From positions 6,574-70,573 of the forward strand of contig CACJMJ010000001.1 of assembly GCA_902594485.1 (NCBI GenBank): a stretch of DNA of 64,000 bases, written 5' to 3'. The notes under the pieces were generated by a model. It searched no databases, was not told the origin of the DNA, and saw only the letters and a program-made list of their open reading frames with translations. This DNA is from an uncultured Bacteroidota bacterium (GTDB lineage Bacteria > Bacteroidota > Bacteroidia > Flavobacteriales > Flavobacteriaceae). Position numbers and translations under genes: made by a program. Below are positions 10,170-24,601 of the stretch, in pieces; within the stretch, counting starts at the first letter, position 1, and every line of letters starts with the position of its first letter.

Positions 10170-11180
10170 ATGGATGACCGTATACTTGATAGTGTTATTG
10201 AATTATTCTCTAAAAAGAGAAACATAATTTTAATTCCTCACAGTAGTCCTGATGCAGATGCACTTGGGAGCTGTCTCGCATTATATCATTTCTTTAAATC
10301 AAAAAATGAAGTGAATATAATTTCACCAAATGAGTATACCGAAATACTTAATTTTTTGCCAGGATCAAAAGATATTATAATCTATGAAAATGATAAAGTG
10401 AAATGTAAAAATGCATTTAAAAAAGCTGATGTTATTTTTACTTTAGATTTCAATAGTCTTAGTAGGGCAAGAAATTTATCAAGTTTAATATCAAGTTCAA
10501 AGGCAATGACTATAATGATAGACCACCATGAAAATCCTGATAACTATGCTGATATAACTATTTCAAATTCAAAGATGAGTTCGACTTGTGAAATGGTTTA
10601 TGATTTTATTTGTTCAATTGACAAAAGTAAAATTGATAATAAAATAGCAACATGTATCTATACTGGAATTGTCGCAGATACTGGATCTTTTAGATTTCCA
10701 TCTACAACATCAAAAACACTTAAGGTAGGTTCTGAATTAATCAATTATGGAGTTAATGTCACTGAAATTTTCGAAAAACTTCATAATAACTTTCAATTTA
10801 AAAGATTAAAGCTTCTAGGTTCTGCTATAAATAATTTCAAAAAAATTAAGGGATTACCCGTAGTATATACCTCAATAACTGATAGAGATCAAAAAGTCAA
10901 TGATTTTAAAAAAGGAGATAGCGAAGGATTTGTAAATTTTGGACTAAGTGTAGCTGAGATATCATGTTCAGTTCTTTTTATTGAAAAAAAGGATGAAGGC
11001 TTGATAAAAATTTCATTTAGATCTAAAGGTGATTTTAAAGTTAATATATTTGCTTCTAAATACTTTAATGGAGGTGGACACGAACATGCATCCGGAGGGA
11101 TTTCAAAATTAAGTTTAAAAGAAACTGAAAAAAAATTTGTAAGTGATATTACACAATATATAAACCAAAACAATGAATAA
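10170..11180 (+). CDS. nrnA: DHH/DHHA1 phosphoesterase (NrnA nanoRNase/pAp phosphatase)
   Basis: [24 protein letters not shown]. Confidence 0.9.
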   Translation: MDDRILDSVIELFSKKRNIILIPHSSPDADALGSCLALYHFFKSKNEVNIISPNEYTEILNFLPGSKDIIIYENDKVKCKNAFKKADVIFTLDFNSLSRARNLSSLISSSKAMTIMIDHHENPDNYADITISNSKMSSTCEMVYDFICSIDKSKIDNKIATCIYTGIVADTGSFRFPSTTSKTLKVGSELINYGVNVTEIFEKLHNNFQFKRLKLLGSAINNFKKIKGLPVVYTSITDRDQKVNDFKKGDSEGFVNFGLSVAEISCSVLFIEKKDEGLIKISFRSKGDFKVNIFASKYFNGGGHEHASGGISKLSLKETEKKFVSDITQYINQNNE

Positions 11181-12183
11181 GAATTTTATACTCTTAATCT
11201 CAATACTAACTTTAAACTCATGTAATATGAATAACTATTCTGATTTATCTGAAGGACTATATGCAGATATTGAAACATCAAAAGGAAATATTATCCTTGA
11301 ACTGTATTATGAACAAGCACCAACCACTGTATCAAATTTTGTTGCTTTAGCAGAAGGGAATCATCCGGTTGTTGATGATCAACATTCTGAAAAACCTTAT
11401 TATGACGGATTAAAGTTTCATAGAGTTATTGAAAATTTCATGATTCAGGGTGGAGATCCAACAGGGACAGGATCAGGCGGACCAGGATATCAGTTTGATG
11501 ATGAGTTTAACGAAGAACTTAAACATGATGGACCAGGTATATTATCTATGGCTAATGCTGGACCTGGGACTAATGGTAGTCAATTTTTTATTACACATGT
11601 CGAGACTCCTTGGTTAGATGGCAAACATTCAATTTTTGGAAAGGTAAACACAGGTCAAGAGGTAGTTGATAATGTTGAACAGGATGACATCATTAAAAAA
11701 GTTAAAATTATTAGAGTTGGAGAAGCTGCTAAAAATTTTGATGCACCTAAAAATTTTGAGGAATACATTTCAGAAAAAAGCGAAGCTGATATCTTGAAAG
11801 CAGAAGCTGAAAAGGAAAGTATAGAGGAATTAACTATGGGAATGGAAGAGACTGAAAGTGGTTTAAAATATAAAATTTCCAAAAAAGGATCCGGACCTAA
11901 TGCAAAAACAAATGATTTATTATCTGTGCATTATTCACTTCAATTAATTGATGGTTCAGAAATTGACTCTTCATTTACACGTGGTACACCAATTGAATTT
12001 ACATGTGGTGTAGGACAGGTTATAAAAGGATGGGATGAGGCAATGCAACTCTTGAATAAAGGTTCTAAAGCAAGATTAGTAATACCAAGTGAACTTGGAT
12101 ATGGAGCAGTTGGAGCTGGGAATGGTGTAATACCTCCTAATGCAACTCTTATTTTTGATGTAGAACTAGTAGATATAAAATAA
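11173..12183 (+). CDS. Dual cyclophilin + FKBP peptidyl-prolyl isomerase, lipoprotein
   Basis: Lipobox [18 protein letters not shown] and TNGSQFFIT (cyclophilin); VIKGWDE and [13 protein letters not shown] (FKBP). Confidence 0.93.
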   Translation: MNKNFILLISILTLNSCNMNNYSDLSEGLYADIETSKGNIILELYYEQAPTTVSNFVALAEGNHPVVDDQHSEKPYYDGLKFHRVIENFMIQGGDPTGTGSGGPGYQFDDEFNEELKHDGPGILSMANAGPGTNGSQFFITHVETPWLDGKHSIFGKVNTGQEVVDNVEQDDIIKKVKIIRVGEAAKNFDAPKNFEEYISEKSEADILKAEAEKESIEELTMGMEETESGLKYKISKKGSGPNAKTNDLLSVHYSLQLIDGSEIDSSFTRGTPIEFTCGVGQVIKGWDEAMQLLNKGSKARLVIPSELGYGAVGAGNGVIPPNATLIFDVELVDIK

Positions 12184-13181
12184 TGAAGATAAAGAGTATT
12201 TTTGCTCTCGCTTTAATACCTCAAATTCTAATAGTTAATTTCATTAAAAATAATCCATCAATCATTGATGATTATTATCCAGATTATTTATACGGTAATA
12301 TTCTCAAGATAAATTCATTTTTATATTCTATTATAAATATTCCAGTAGGTGAGATTTTATATGTAATTCTTATTATTACTCTTATTTATCTGGTTTATAG
12401 AGTTTTTTCATTCAAATTAAATGATTTGGCAAACCTACTGGCATTTATTTCAATAGTCTACTTTATTTTTTATTCTTTTTGGGGATTAAATTATTTCAAA
12501 ACCTCCATCTCTGATGAATTAAGTATCAAAAATGATTATGAATTTGAAGAGTTAGACAATACATTGAATTTAATTATTAATAATATTAATGAAGAAGTTC
12601 CTTTACTTCAAGATTTTAATGAATTAGATTTTATTGAAATAACTAGCATGACTAACTTAAATGTAAAACAGTCTTTAGTACCTAGTATTCTTCTTTTTCA
12701 AACAGTTTCTGGGCACTTTATTCCATTTACATCAGAATCAGTAGTGAATTTTGATATTCCCAAAGTTGACTTACCTGTGGTTATTTTTCATGAATATGCT
12801 CATCAAATGGGATATGCAGATGAAGCTGAAGCCAGTTTTATTGGATTTATGAAAGCAGTTGAAAGCAACAATGCAAATGTTAGGTACTCAGGCTATTTCA
12901 ATGCACTTTTAAATCTTCTAAACGAAATTAATAAGAATCATAAAGAAGAATTAGAAGATTACACCTCAAAACTCAATAAAAGGGTTATATCAGACATAAA
13001 TTATTACTTGGAATTCTGGAGTAAATATTCTAATAATTATTTTGATAAAGTACAGAAATATATTTATGATTTATATTTAAAATCAAATAATCAAGAAGCT
13101 GGAATTATGACCTACAATAAAGTTTCCAATTTTATTATTGACTATTATCAAAGACAAGAATTATCAGATTTTTTTAATTGA
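12183..13181 (+). CDS. DUF3810-family membrane protein, zincin-like
   Basis: WGLNY after TM helices, PFTSE, HEYAHQMGYADEAEA (HExxH plus downstream E). Confidence 0.8.
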   Translation: MKIKSIFALALIPQILIVNFIKNNPSIIDDYYPDYLYGNILKINSFLYSIINIPVGEILYVILIITLIYLVYRVFSFKLNDLANLLAFISIVYFIFYSFWGLNYFKTSISDELSIKNDYEFEELDNTLNLIINNINEEVPLLQDFNELDFIEITSMTNLNVKQSLVPSILLFQTVSGHFIPFTSESVVNFDIPKVDLPVVIFHEYAHQMGYADEAEASFIGFMKAVESNNANVRYSGYFNALLNLLNEINKNHKEELEDYTSKLNKRVISDINYYLEFWSKYSNNYFDKVQKYIYDLYLKSNNQEAGIMTYNKVSNFIIDYYQRQELSDFFN

Positions 13182-13239
13182 TTTACTATATTAGCATACT
13201 ATCCTAATTTTTTAGGGTCAAATTAAAAAAACTCAACAA

Positions 13240-16224
13240 ATGAAAAGATTCTTCTTTTTTTCCTTTTTTCTATCATTTGGACTATATGGGCAAGATTACT
13301 TTGTTGTCAATGATGGAGTAAAAACAAAGGATTACCAGTACAACGTTTTCACAAATGCTAATATTTATACTGATAAAGGAATTATTAATAAGGGTACTCT
13401 AGTCGAGAAGGATGGAAAGATAGTTGATTTAGGCTCAAATATTTCTATTCCAATAAATAGTATAGTTTTTGATTTAGATGGAAAGTTCATCTATCCATCT
13501 TTTATTGAAACTCATTCATCATTTGGAGTCAAGAAACCTGTGAGAAGAGGCTCTGGAAGAAGTTCTCAATATGAGCCAACTAGGAGCGGTTATTATTGGA
13601 ATGATCATATTATGAGTGATTATAATAGTTTTGGAGATTATAATTATAATCAGAAAGAAGCGAAGGGGTTAAGAGATATTGGGTTTGGAGTTGTTAACTC
13701 TCATAGAAATGATGGTGTACATAGGGGCACAAGTTTTACTATTGGTTTAATTGATAACCAAAATGAATCTTACAGAATTATTTCAAAAAAAACAGCAGAA
13801 CATTACTCTTTTTCCAAAAGTTTAACGTCTAATCAATCATACCCCTCGTCAACTATGGGTGCAATTGCATTAATAAGACAATTACACTATGATTCAAATT
13901 GGTATTCTCAAGGCTCCTCAGAGACCAAAGATTTATCTCTTGAAGCATTAATTGAAAATAAAAAATTACCCAAGCTCTTTGATGCTAATGATAAACTTAA
14001 TGTGTATAGAGCAGCTAAACTTTCGAATGAGTTTGATCTCAACTTTGTTATTAAAGGATCTGGTAAGGAATATGAAAATGTTAGAGAATTAAAAAAATTT
14101 AATAATACTTTGATCATACCAGTCAATTTTCCAAAAGCATTTGATGTATCAAATACAAATCTAAATGAGAAGCTAACAATTAATCAACTTAGATACTGGA
14201 ATCAAGCACCTACAAATTTAGGTGTATTAGAAAAAAATGGAATCAATTTTTCTATAACATCATCAGATCTTAAGAATAAAAAAGACTTTTTGAAAAACAT
14301 AAGAAAAGCTATCAAGAATGGGCTTTCTGAAAAGGCTGCTCTTGATGCATTAACAATAATCCCAGCAAAATCTTTAAACTTAAATGACAAAATTGGAGAA
14401 TTAGATAAAGGTTTCATAGCAAATTTTTTAATTACCTCAGGTCCAATTTTTGATGATAAAACTGAGATAAATGAAAATTGGGTAAAAGGTCAAAGACATA
14501 TAGTTAAGAGTAATGACAATGTAAATATTGATGGTAACTATACCTTTAATATTAATGACAAATCATATCAGGTAAAAATCTCCAATAGCTTATTGAGACC
14601 CAAAGCTAATGTTAAGAGGGATTCTATTAATATCAAATCAAAAACTTCATTAGTTGATGATTGGCTTAGTGTTACTTTTTTTGATAGTATAGATGGGAGA
14701 TCATCTTTCGCTCAAATTTCTTCCAAGATTAGTTCGACAGATAATTTAAGTGGAAGGGGTATAGATTTTAATAACGAAGCATTCTTATTTAATATTCCAA
14801 AAAATAAGGCTAAAAAGGAAAGTGAATCTAAAAGGAAAAATAGTCCTGGTGAAACCTTTGTTTCAGATGTTACTTTCCCCAACGTTGGATTTGGAATTAG
14901 TTCAATTCCTGAAAGCAGATCAATTCATTTTAAAAATGCTACTCTTTGGACTAATGAAGAAGAGGGTATAATTGAGAATACAGATATTATAATTGATAAC
15001 GGAAAGATTATTGAAATTGGCAAGAATCTTAAAACACCACCTAATTTCTCAGTTATTGATGCGTCTAATAAACATATAACATCAGGTATAGTTGATGAGC
15101 ATTCGCATATGGCTGCTACAAGCATTAATGAAGGTGGTCATAATTCTTCAGCAGAAGTATCGATAATGGATGTTATTAATCCAGATGATATAAGTATTTA
15201 TAGGAATTTAGCTGGTGGAGTTACAACTGTCCAAATTCTTCATGGATCTGCTAACCCAATAGGTGGACAGTCTGCTATAATTAAGTTAAAGTGGGGGTCT
15301 GAAATAGACAATATGTTTTTTAAAGGGGCTGATCCTTTCATAAAATTTGCTTTAGGTGAGAATGTTAAACAATCTAATTGGAGTGGTTCAAGATTCCCTC
15401 AAACAAGAATGGGTGTTGAACAGGTATTTGTAGATCATTTTGACAGGGCAAAACATTATGGAGAAACCTGGAATCAATACAATTCGCTTAACAATAGGGA
15501 AAAAAGATCAGTGAATAAGCCTCGATATGATGAAGAACTAGAGACACTCTTGGAGGTTATTGATGGCAAAAGGTTTATCTCTAGTCACTCATATGTTCAA
15601 AGTGAAATAAACATGCTAATGAAAGTTGCAGAAAAATTTGATTTTAGAATAAAAATTTTCACACATATTTTAGAGGGCTACAAAGTTGCTGATAAAATGG
15701 CCAAGCATGGAGTTGGTGGATCAACTTTTTCGGACTGGTGGGGTTATAAGTTCGAAGTTAATGATGCAATACCATTTAATGCCTCAATTATGCACAACGC
15801 AGGAGTTACAGTTGCACTTAACTCTGATAATTCTGAGCTTTCAAGAAGATTAAACTTAGAGGCAGCAAAGGCATTCAAATATGGTAATATTTCAGAAGAG
15901 GAAGCCTGGAAATTTGTAACGCTCAACCCAGCTAAACTTCTTAATCTAGATAATAGAATCGGTAGCCTTAAAGTTGGTAAAGATGCTGATATTGTAATGT
16001 GGAGTGGACATCCAATGTCACTCTATACAAAAGCAGAGAAAACATATATTGAGGGTGCATTATACTTTGATATAGATAAACACAAAACAAAGCTGGAAAA
16101 GATTAAAAACGAAAAGTCTGAACTTATTAAGCTAATGTTTGCAGAAAATACTCCTGGAGCAAATCTTAAATTTCCAAATCCATTACCTCAAATAGAGGTT
16201 GATTGTGACTACATTGAATTTTAA
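13240..16224 (+). CDS. Secreted two-domain amidohydrolase-family protein
   Basis: Signal peptide; two metallohydrolase barrels (ETHSS...LTIIPA and DEHSH...NSD...VTLNPA, GKDADIV). Confidence 0.85.
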   Translation: MKRFFFFSFFLSFGLYGQDYFVVNDGVKTKDYQYNVFTNANIYTDKGIINKGTLVEKDGKIVDLGSNISIPINSIVFDLDGKFIYPSFIETHSSFGVKKPVRRGSGRSSQYEPTRSGYYWNDHIMSDYNSFGDYNYNQKEAKGLRDIGFGVVNSHRNDGVHRGTSFTIGLIDNQNESYRIISKKTAEHYSFSKSLTSNQSYPSSTMGAIALIRQLHYDSNWYSQGSSETKDLSLEALIENKKLPKLFDANDKLNVYRAAKLSNEFDLNFVIKGSGKEYENVRELKKFNNTLIIPVNFPKAFDVSNTNLNEKLTINQLRYWNQAPTNLGVLEKNGINFSITSSDLKNKKDFLKNIRKAIKNGLSEKAALDALTIIPAKSLNLNDKIGELDKGFIANFLITSGPIFDDKTEINENWVKGQRHIVKSNDNVNIDGNYTFNINDKSYQVKISNSLLRPKANVKRDSINIKSKTSLVDDWLSVTFFDSIDGRSSFAQISSKISSTDNLSGRGIDFNNEAFLFNIPKNKAKKESESKRKNSPGETFVSDVTFPNVGFGISSIPESRSIHFKNATLWTNEEEGIIENTDIIIDNGKIIEIGKNLKTPPNFSVIDASNKHITSGIVDEHSHMAATSINEGGHNSSAEVSIMDVINPDDISIYRNLAGGVTTVQILHGSANPIGGQSAIIKLKWGSEIDNMFFKGADPFIKFALGENVKQSNWSGSRFPQTRMGVEQVFVDHFDRAKHYGETWNQYNSLNNREKRSVNKPRYDEELETLLEVIDGKRFISSHSYVQSEINMLMKVAEKFDFRIKIFTHILEGYKVADKMAKHGVGGSTFSDWWGYKFEVNDAIPFNASIMHNAGVTVALNSDNSELSRRLNLEAAKAFKYGNISEEEAWKFVTLNPAKLLNLDNRIGSLKVGKDADIVMWSGHPMSLYTKAEKTYIEGALYFDIDKHKTKLEKIKNEKSELIKLMFAENTPGANLKFPNPLPQIEVDCDYIEF

Positions 16225-16227
16225 ATT

Positions 16228-17535
16228 ATGAAAAAAATTATACTACTTAACATTTTATTTTTTAATATAATTTATTCACAGCAAACACCTGCTCCAGATC
16301 AGGATAAGTCAGTATTAATTTTTGGAGCGGTTGCTCACATTGGGAATGGTGAGACTATTAAAAATAGTATTATTGGTTTTAATGATGGTGTTATTGATTT
16401 AGTTGCACAATCAGACACTAACATTCTTAAAGAGAATATCAAAGAGTATGATACAATTATTGACGCAACAAATTCTCATGTCTATCCTGGAATTATTGCT
16501 TTAAATACTAATCTTGGACTTGTAGAGATTGATGCTGTTAGAGCTTCTGTAGATGATGACGAAACTGGAACATATTTACCAGAAATTCGGTCTATCATAG
16601 CTTACAATGCAGAATCTAAAGCAGTAGAGAGTATGAGACCTAATGGAGTTCTTCTTGCACAAGTTGCTCCCAACGGAGGTATTATTTCTGGTAAATCATC
16701 CGTAGTTCAGTTTGATGCGTGGAATTGGGAAGATGCCGTTATAGAATACGATCAAGGAATTCATATAAATTGGCCAAGTCCATATACATATGGTAGATGG
16801 TGGCTTGGTGAAGACAGAGGATTAAAAGCTAATAGTAATTATAGCAAACAGATTAAAGGTTTAAAAGATTTCTTTGATAAATCAAAAGCAAATATGTCCG
16901 TAAAAAAATCAATGAACCTCAAGAGTAATGCTATGAAACCTCTTTTTGATGGTTTAATAACAGTTTACCTATATGCTGATGATGAAAAAGAAATTGTAGA
17001 TGGTATAACTTTTTTAAAAGGCTATGGAATTAACAAAATTGTAATTGTAGGTGCTACAGAATCTAAAAATCAATTGAACTTTATTAAGAAAAATAATATT
17101 CCCGTTGTTGTAAAGCAACCTTACAGATTTCCACAATCAACTGACTCAGATCCTATGGAAACTTTTGAGATTGCAAAAAAAATGTTAGATCAAGGCATAC
17201 TAGTTAGTATTGATCCTACTGGAACTGCATCAGCTAGAGTATCAATTCGTAATTTACCTTTCTATGCTGGTAGTTTTTCTAGTTTTGGCATTGATAAGGA
17301 AATTGCTTTGTCTCTAATTACTCTAAATCCTGCTAAAATTCTTGGAATTGATAAAGATTTTGGAACTTTAGAAGTAGGAAAAAGTGCTACTTTATTTATT
17401 TCTAGCGGAGATGCACTTGACATCATTTCAAATGATGTTACGCATGCATTTATATCAGGAAGAGGGCTTAGTCTTGAAACTCATCAAACTAGATTATGGA
17501 GGAGATATTCAAATAAATATTCAGATTCTCAATAA
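16228..17535 (+). CDS. Secreted amidohydrolase-family protein, probably non-catalytic
   Basis: Signal peptide, YPGIIALNTNLG (no HxH), ITLNPAKILG, GTLEVGKSATL. Confidence 0.82.
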   Translation: MKKIILLNILFFNIIYSQQTPAPDQDKSVLIFGAVAHIGNGETIKNSIIGFNDGVIDLVAQSDTNILKENIKEYDTIIDATNSHVYPGIIALNTNLGLVEIDAVRASVDDDETGTYLPEIRSIIAYNAESKAVESMRPNGVLLAQVAPNGGIISGKSSVVQFDAWNWEDAVIEYDQGIHINWPSPYTYGRWWLGEDRGLKANSNYSKQIKGLKDFFDKSKANMSVKKSMNLKSNAMKPLFDGLITVYLYADDEKEIVDGITFLKGYGINKIVIVGATESKNQLNFIKKNNIPVVVKQPYRFPQSTDSDPMETFEIAKKMLDQGILVSIDPTGTASARVSIRNLPFYAGSFSSFGIDKEIALSLITLNPAKILGIDKDFGTLEVGKSATLFISSGDALDIISNDVTHAFISGRGLSLETHQTRLWRRYSNKYSDSQ

Positions 17536-17593
17536 TAATAACCCTTTCAATCCATAATTATTATTTGTAAATTTAGATAACTAAAATTTACAA

Positions 17594-19795
17594 GTGCTAA
17601 TTGAAAATAAAATATTACCTAAAAGTATATCTGATCTTTATGATGATTTAATAGATAGTAGCTATCAAAAAATATCATCAAAAGAAAAAAAGGTAATATA
17701 TCAGTCTCTTGTTATAGCTTTTAATGGTCATGATGGTCAGATGAGAAAATCTGGCGAACCCTACATTCATCATCCTATAGAAGTTGCAAAAATTGTTGCA
17801 AAAGATATTGGACTTGATTACATATCAATAGCTTCAGCACTTCTTCATGATGTTGTTGAGGATACTGATGTTACTTTTAAAGATCTAAATGAAAGTGTTG
17901 GAAATGAAATCTCAAGAATTGTAAATGGATTAACAAAAATATCAACCTTAAAAAAGAATGAGGACTATTCAATTCAAGCTGAAAATTACAGGAGGATGCT
18001 ACTTACTCTTCATAGTGATATAAGAGTTATATTAATTAAAACAGCTGATAGACTCCATAATATGAGAACAATTGACTTTCTATCTAAAGCTAAGCAAGAT
18101 CAAATGGCATCTGAATCACTATATATCTATGCACCTTTAGCACATAGAGTTGGCCTTTATAATATTAAAAATGAACTTGAAGATTTGAGCCTAAGAATTC
18201 TTGAGACAAGAAAATATAATCTAATAAAAAATAAAATTGATAAAGAATCTGTAAATCAAGAGAAGTATGTTGAAACATTTAAAAGTCTTATTAATAACAA
18301 CCTTGATGATCAAAAAATTAAATACTCCATAATTGGAAGGAATAAGTCAATTTATTCCATTCATAATAAAATTCAAAAGAAGAATATATCGTTTGATGAG
18401 GTATATGATCGATTTGCTATTAGAATTATATATAAGTCAACTCCAAAAAATGAGAAATTTATAGCTTGGAAAATATATTCAATCATTACTGATCATTTTA
18501 CTTCCAACCCAACAAGGCTAAGAGATTGGATTACTCTTCCTAAAACTAATGGATATGAAGCACTACATCTAACAGTTGTAGGGCCTAAAAATAAGTGGGT
18601 AGAAATTCAAATAAGGTCAGAAAGAATGAATGAGATTGCTGAGAAAGGTTATGCAGCACATTATGGATATAAACATAAGGAATCAAAGAAAAATGAGGTT
18701 GATCTTTGGTTAAATAGACTTCAAGAAGTTTTAACTCATGATAATGAACATGCTGTGGATTTTGTCGAAGATTTTAAATTAAATTTTTATTCAAAAGAAA
18801 TCTATGTTTTTACTCCAAATGGAGATTTAAAATCACTCAGAAGTGGATCAAGTGCATTAGACTTTGCATTCCATGTCCACACAGATGTTGGAATTAAAAC
18901 TAGAGGAGCAAGAGTTAATGGAAAACTTGTGCCTCTTAGTCATACACTAAAAAGTGGAGATCAAGTAGAAATTATTACATCAGAGAATGTTAAACCAAAT
19001 GTAAACTGGTTAAGCTTTGTTGAAACTTCTAAAGCAAAATCTAAGATAAAATCTTCAATTAATGAAGAGAAAAAAAGAATATCATTAGACGGAAAGGAAA
19101 TTTTAGAAAGGAAGCTGAAGCAATTAAAAATAAAACTCGATGATAAAGTCTCGGGTCAAATGATGAAATTTTTTAAAATTAATGCGAGTAACGATCTATT
19201 CTATAAAATTGGAACTGGATCTATTGATAATAAGCAGATTAAAAGCTTTGCTAATGACTATAACAGCTACATTGGATTCTTCAAGAGAAGGATTGGTTCA
19301 AATACTAATAAAGTTGATAAAATATCGGAATCTGCAAATTTTATAAAGTTTGATAAGCTAGTATTTGGAAAGGAAAAAGAAATGCTAAAATATTCAATAG
19401 CTACCTGCTGTAATCCTATACCAGGTGATAAGGTTTTTGGGTTTATATCTGTAAAAGATGGAATAAAAGTTCATAAACAAGATTGTCCTAATTCAATTTC
19501 ACTGAGATCAAATTACGCATATAGGATTATCTCAGCTAACTGGATAGATTCGGAGAATCATGAATTTAATGCACAAATACAAGTAAGTGGAATTGATGAT
19601 ATTGGTTTAATAAATAGTATTACCTCATTAATTTCTAATTCAATGAATGTTAATATGAATAGGATATCTTTTGAAACAAATGATGGAACATTCTCAGGAT
19701 TTGTAAGTGTAGAAGTAAAAAATAAAGTAATTTTGAATAAATTATTAAAAAAACTTTCTTCAATTGATGGAATTGAAAAAGTGTCAAGAAAATAA
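17594..19795 (+). CDS. relA: Bifunctional (p)ppGpp synthetase/hydrolase (RelA/SpoT family; GTG start)
   Basis: RKSGEPYIHHP, LLHDVVEDT, ADRLHNMRT, EIQIRS, TGS and ACT domains. Confidence 0.95.
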   Translation: MLIENKILPKSISDLYDDLIDSSYQKISSKEKKVIYQSLVIAFNGHDGQMRKSGEPYIHHPIEVAKIVAKDIGLDYISIASALLHDVVEDTDVTFKDLNESVGNEISRIVNGLTKISTLKKNEDYSIQAENYRRMLLTLHSDIRVILIKTADRLHNMRTIDFLSKAKQDQMASESLYIYAPLAHRVGLYNIKNELEDLSLRILETRKYNLIKNKIDKESVNQEKYVETFKSLINNNLDDQKIKYSIIGRNKSIYSIHNKIQKKNISFDEVYDRFAIRIIYKSTPKNEKFIAWKIYSIITDHFTSNPTRLRDWITLPKTNGYEALHLTVVGPKNKWVEIQIRSERMNEIAEKGYAAHYGYKHKESKKNEVDLWLNRLQEVLTHDNEHAVDFVEDFKLNFYSKEIYVFTPNGDLKSLRSGSSALDFAFHVHTDVGIKTRGARVNGKLVPLSHTLKSGDQVEIITSENVKPNVNWLSFVETSKAKSKIKSSINEEKKRISLDGKEILERKLKQLKIKLDDKVSGQMMKFFKINASNDLFYKIGTGSIDNKQIKSFANDYNSYIGFFKRRIGSNTNKVDKISESANFIKFDKLVFGKEKEMLKYSIATCCNPIPGDKVFGFISVKDGIKVHKQDCPNSISLRSNYAYRIISANWIDSENHEFNAQIQVSGIDDIGLINSITSLISNSMNVNMNRISFETNDGTFSGFVSVEVKNKVILNKLLKKLSSIDGIEKVSRK

Positions 19796-19800
19796 TAAGA

Positions 19801-23139
<3,339 letters not shown>

Positions 23140-23227
23140 ACTGACATGTTAATTATTTTGTTGAAAATAATTTCATTGCAAAATAATACAGGTTCATGTG
23201 ATAACTAACTTAGATAAAAAATAACCT

Positions 23228-24583
23228 TTGAGTAATCTAAGTAGTTCAATTTTAAAATTCGAGGAAATGTTAAAGACAAATACTGTCTTTTACTTTGACT
23301 CAACTGAATTCATCTCAATTTCTCACCACTATATAGATCAAGCTAATTATTCTCTTGCTGAGAAATCAATTAAAATGGGGTTAGATCAGCATCCAAATAA
23401 TACTGATCTAATGCTTCTGAACTCTGAATTGCTAATATTCAACTCAAAATATGAAGATGCATATAAGATATTAAACTATTTAGAAGAAGTTGATCCTGAA
23501 AATAGAGAGGTATATCTTCAGAAGGCAACTATTTATTCAAAGAATAATCTCAATGATGAAGCTATTGCTATTTTAAAAAGAGCTCTTCTTTTTATAGATG
23601 ATAAATTAGAGATATGGAATATGATTGCTATGGAATTCCTTTTAAATGAGGATTTTAACTCAGCTATTCCATTTTTTAAAAAGTGCCTTGAGTACGATAA
23701 TGAAGACTACCAGTCTTTATATAATTTGATTTTTTGTTATGAGAATCTAGATATGATTGAGGAATCAATTAGTGAGTTAAGCTCAGTTCTTGAGAAAAGG
23801 CCTTATTCAAAAATAGCTTGGCATCAACTAGGTAAGATTTATAATAAACAACAAAAATTTAAAGAGAGTATATCAGCTTTTGATTTTGCAATCATCTCAG
23901 ATGATCAATTTGTTTCAGCATATATAGAGAAGGCAAAAGTTCTAGAGAAAGTGGGTAGAGTTAATGAAGCATTAGATAATTTTAGATTATCAATAGAACT
24001 TAGTGAACCTAACTCATATATCTATTATAGAATTTCTAAATGCTACAGAAAATTAAATAATAAAAAGTTATTCCTCAACTATATCAAAAAAGCTGTTAGA
24101 GAGGAACCAGGTAATGAAAAAGCTTGGTTATTACTAATTAGATATTACCTAAAAAAGAAAAATTTAAGACAAGCAAAATACTTATGTTCCAAGGCACTTG
24201 ATAATAATCATAATAGCATTAAGCTTCTTGAAATGAGTTCTAAAATTCAACACAAAACTGAATGCTACGAAGAGGCCATTAAATCTTACAATCAGATTCT
24301 TAATTTTAAAGAAGATATTTCATGGAGAGTATGGAAGAGCTATATGAAATGCTTAATTGATGCTAAGCTTTGGCCAGAACTTCTTAAAGTATCCTTAAAA
24401 GCAAAAAAACATTATCCTAATAAAGCATTTATTGATTTTACAATAAGTGGGTGCCTTCTAAAAGATGGAAAATTAAATGAAGCTATTTATTTCTTTCAAA
24501 GTGGTAATAAAGTTTGTGAAGTTCCTATTAAGCTAATTGAGTCATTTCCAGAATTTACTGAAAACAGGACTTTACTTGTTTAA
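23228..24583 (+). CDS. TPR-repeat protein (TTG start)
   Basis: KFEEMLKTN..FD..EF N-terminus, AWHQLG and AFDFAI TPR motifs. Confidence 0.85.
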   Translation: MSNLSSSILKFEEMLKTNTVFYFDSTEFISISHHYIDQANYSLAEKSIKMGLDQHPNNTDLMLLNSELLIFNSKYEDAYKILNYLEEVDPENREVYLQKATIYSKNNLNDEAIAILKRALLFIDDKLEIWNMIAMEFLLNEDFNSAIPFFKKCLEYDNEDYQSLYNLIFCYENLDMIEESISELSSVLEKRPYSKIAWHQLGKIYNKQQKFKESISAFDFAIISDDQFVSAYIEKAKVLEKVGRVNEALDNFRLSIELSEPNSYIYYRISKCYRKLNNKKLFLNYIKKAVREEPGNEKAWLLLIRYYLKKKNLRQAKYLCSKALDNNHNSIKLLEMSSKIQHKTECYEEAIKSYNQILNFKEDISWRVWKSYMKCLIDAKLWPELLKVSLKAKKHYPNKAFIDFTISGCLLKDGKLNEAIYFFQSGNKVCEVPIKLIESFPEFTENRTLLV

Positions 24584-24601
24584 TTTATTTTATATTAAAA
24601 T

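Noticed and set aside
11973..11988. parS-like sequence ATTTACACGTGGTACA
   Set aside because: Four mismatches to TGTTYCACGTGRAACA, poor symmetry, and explained by coding sequence
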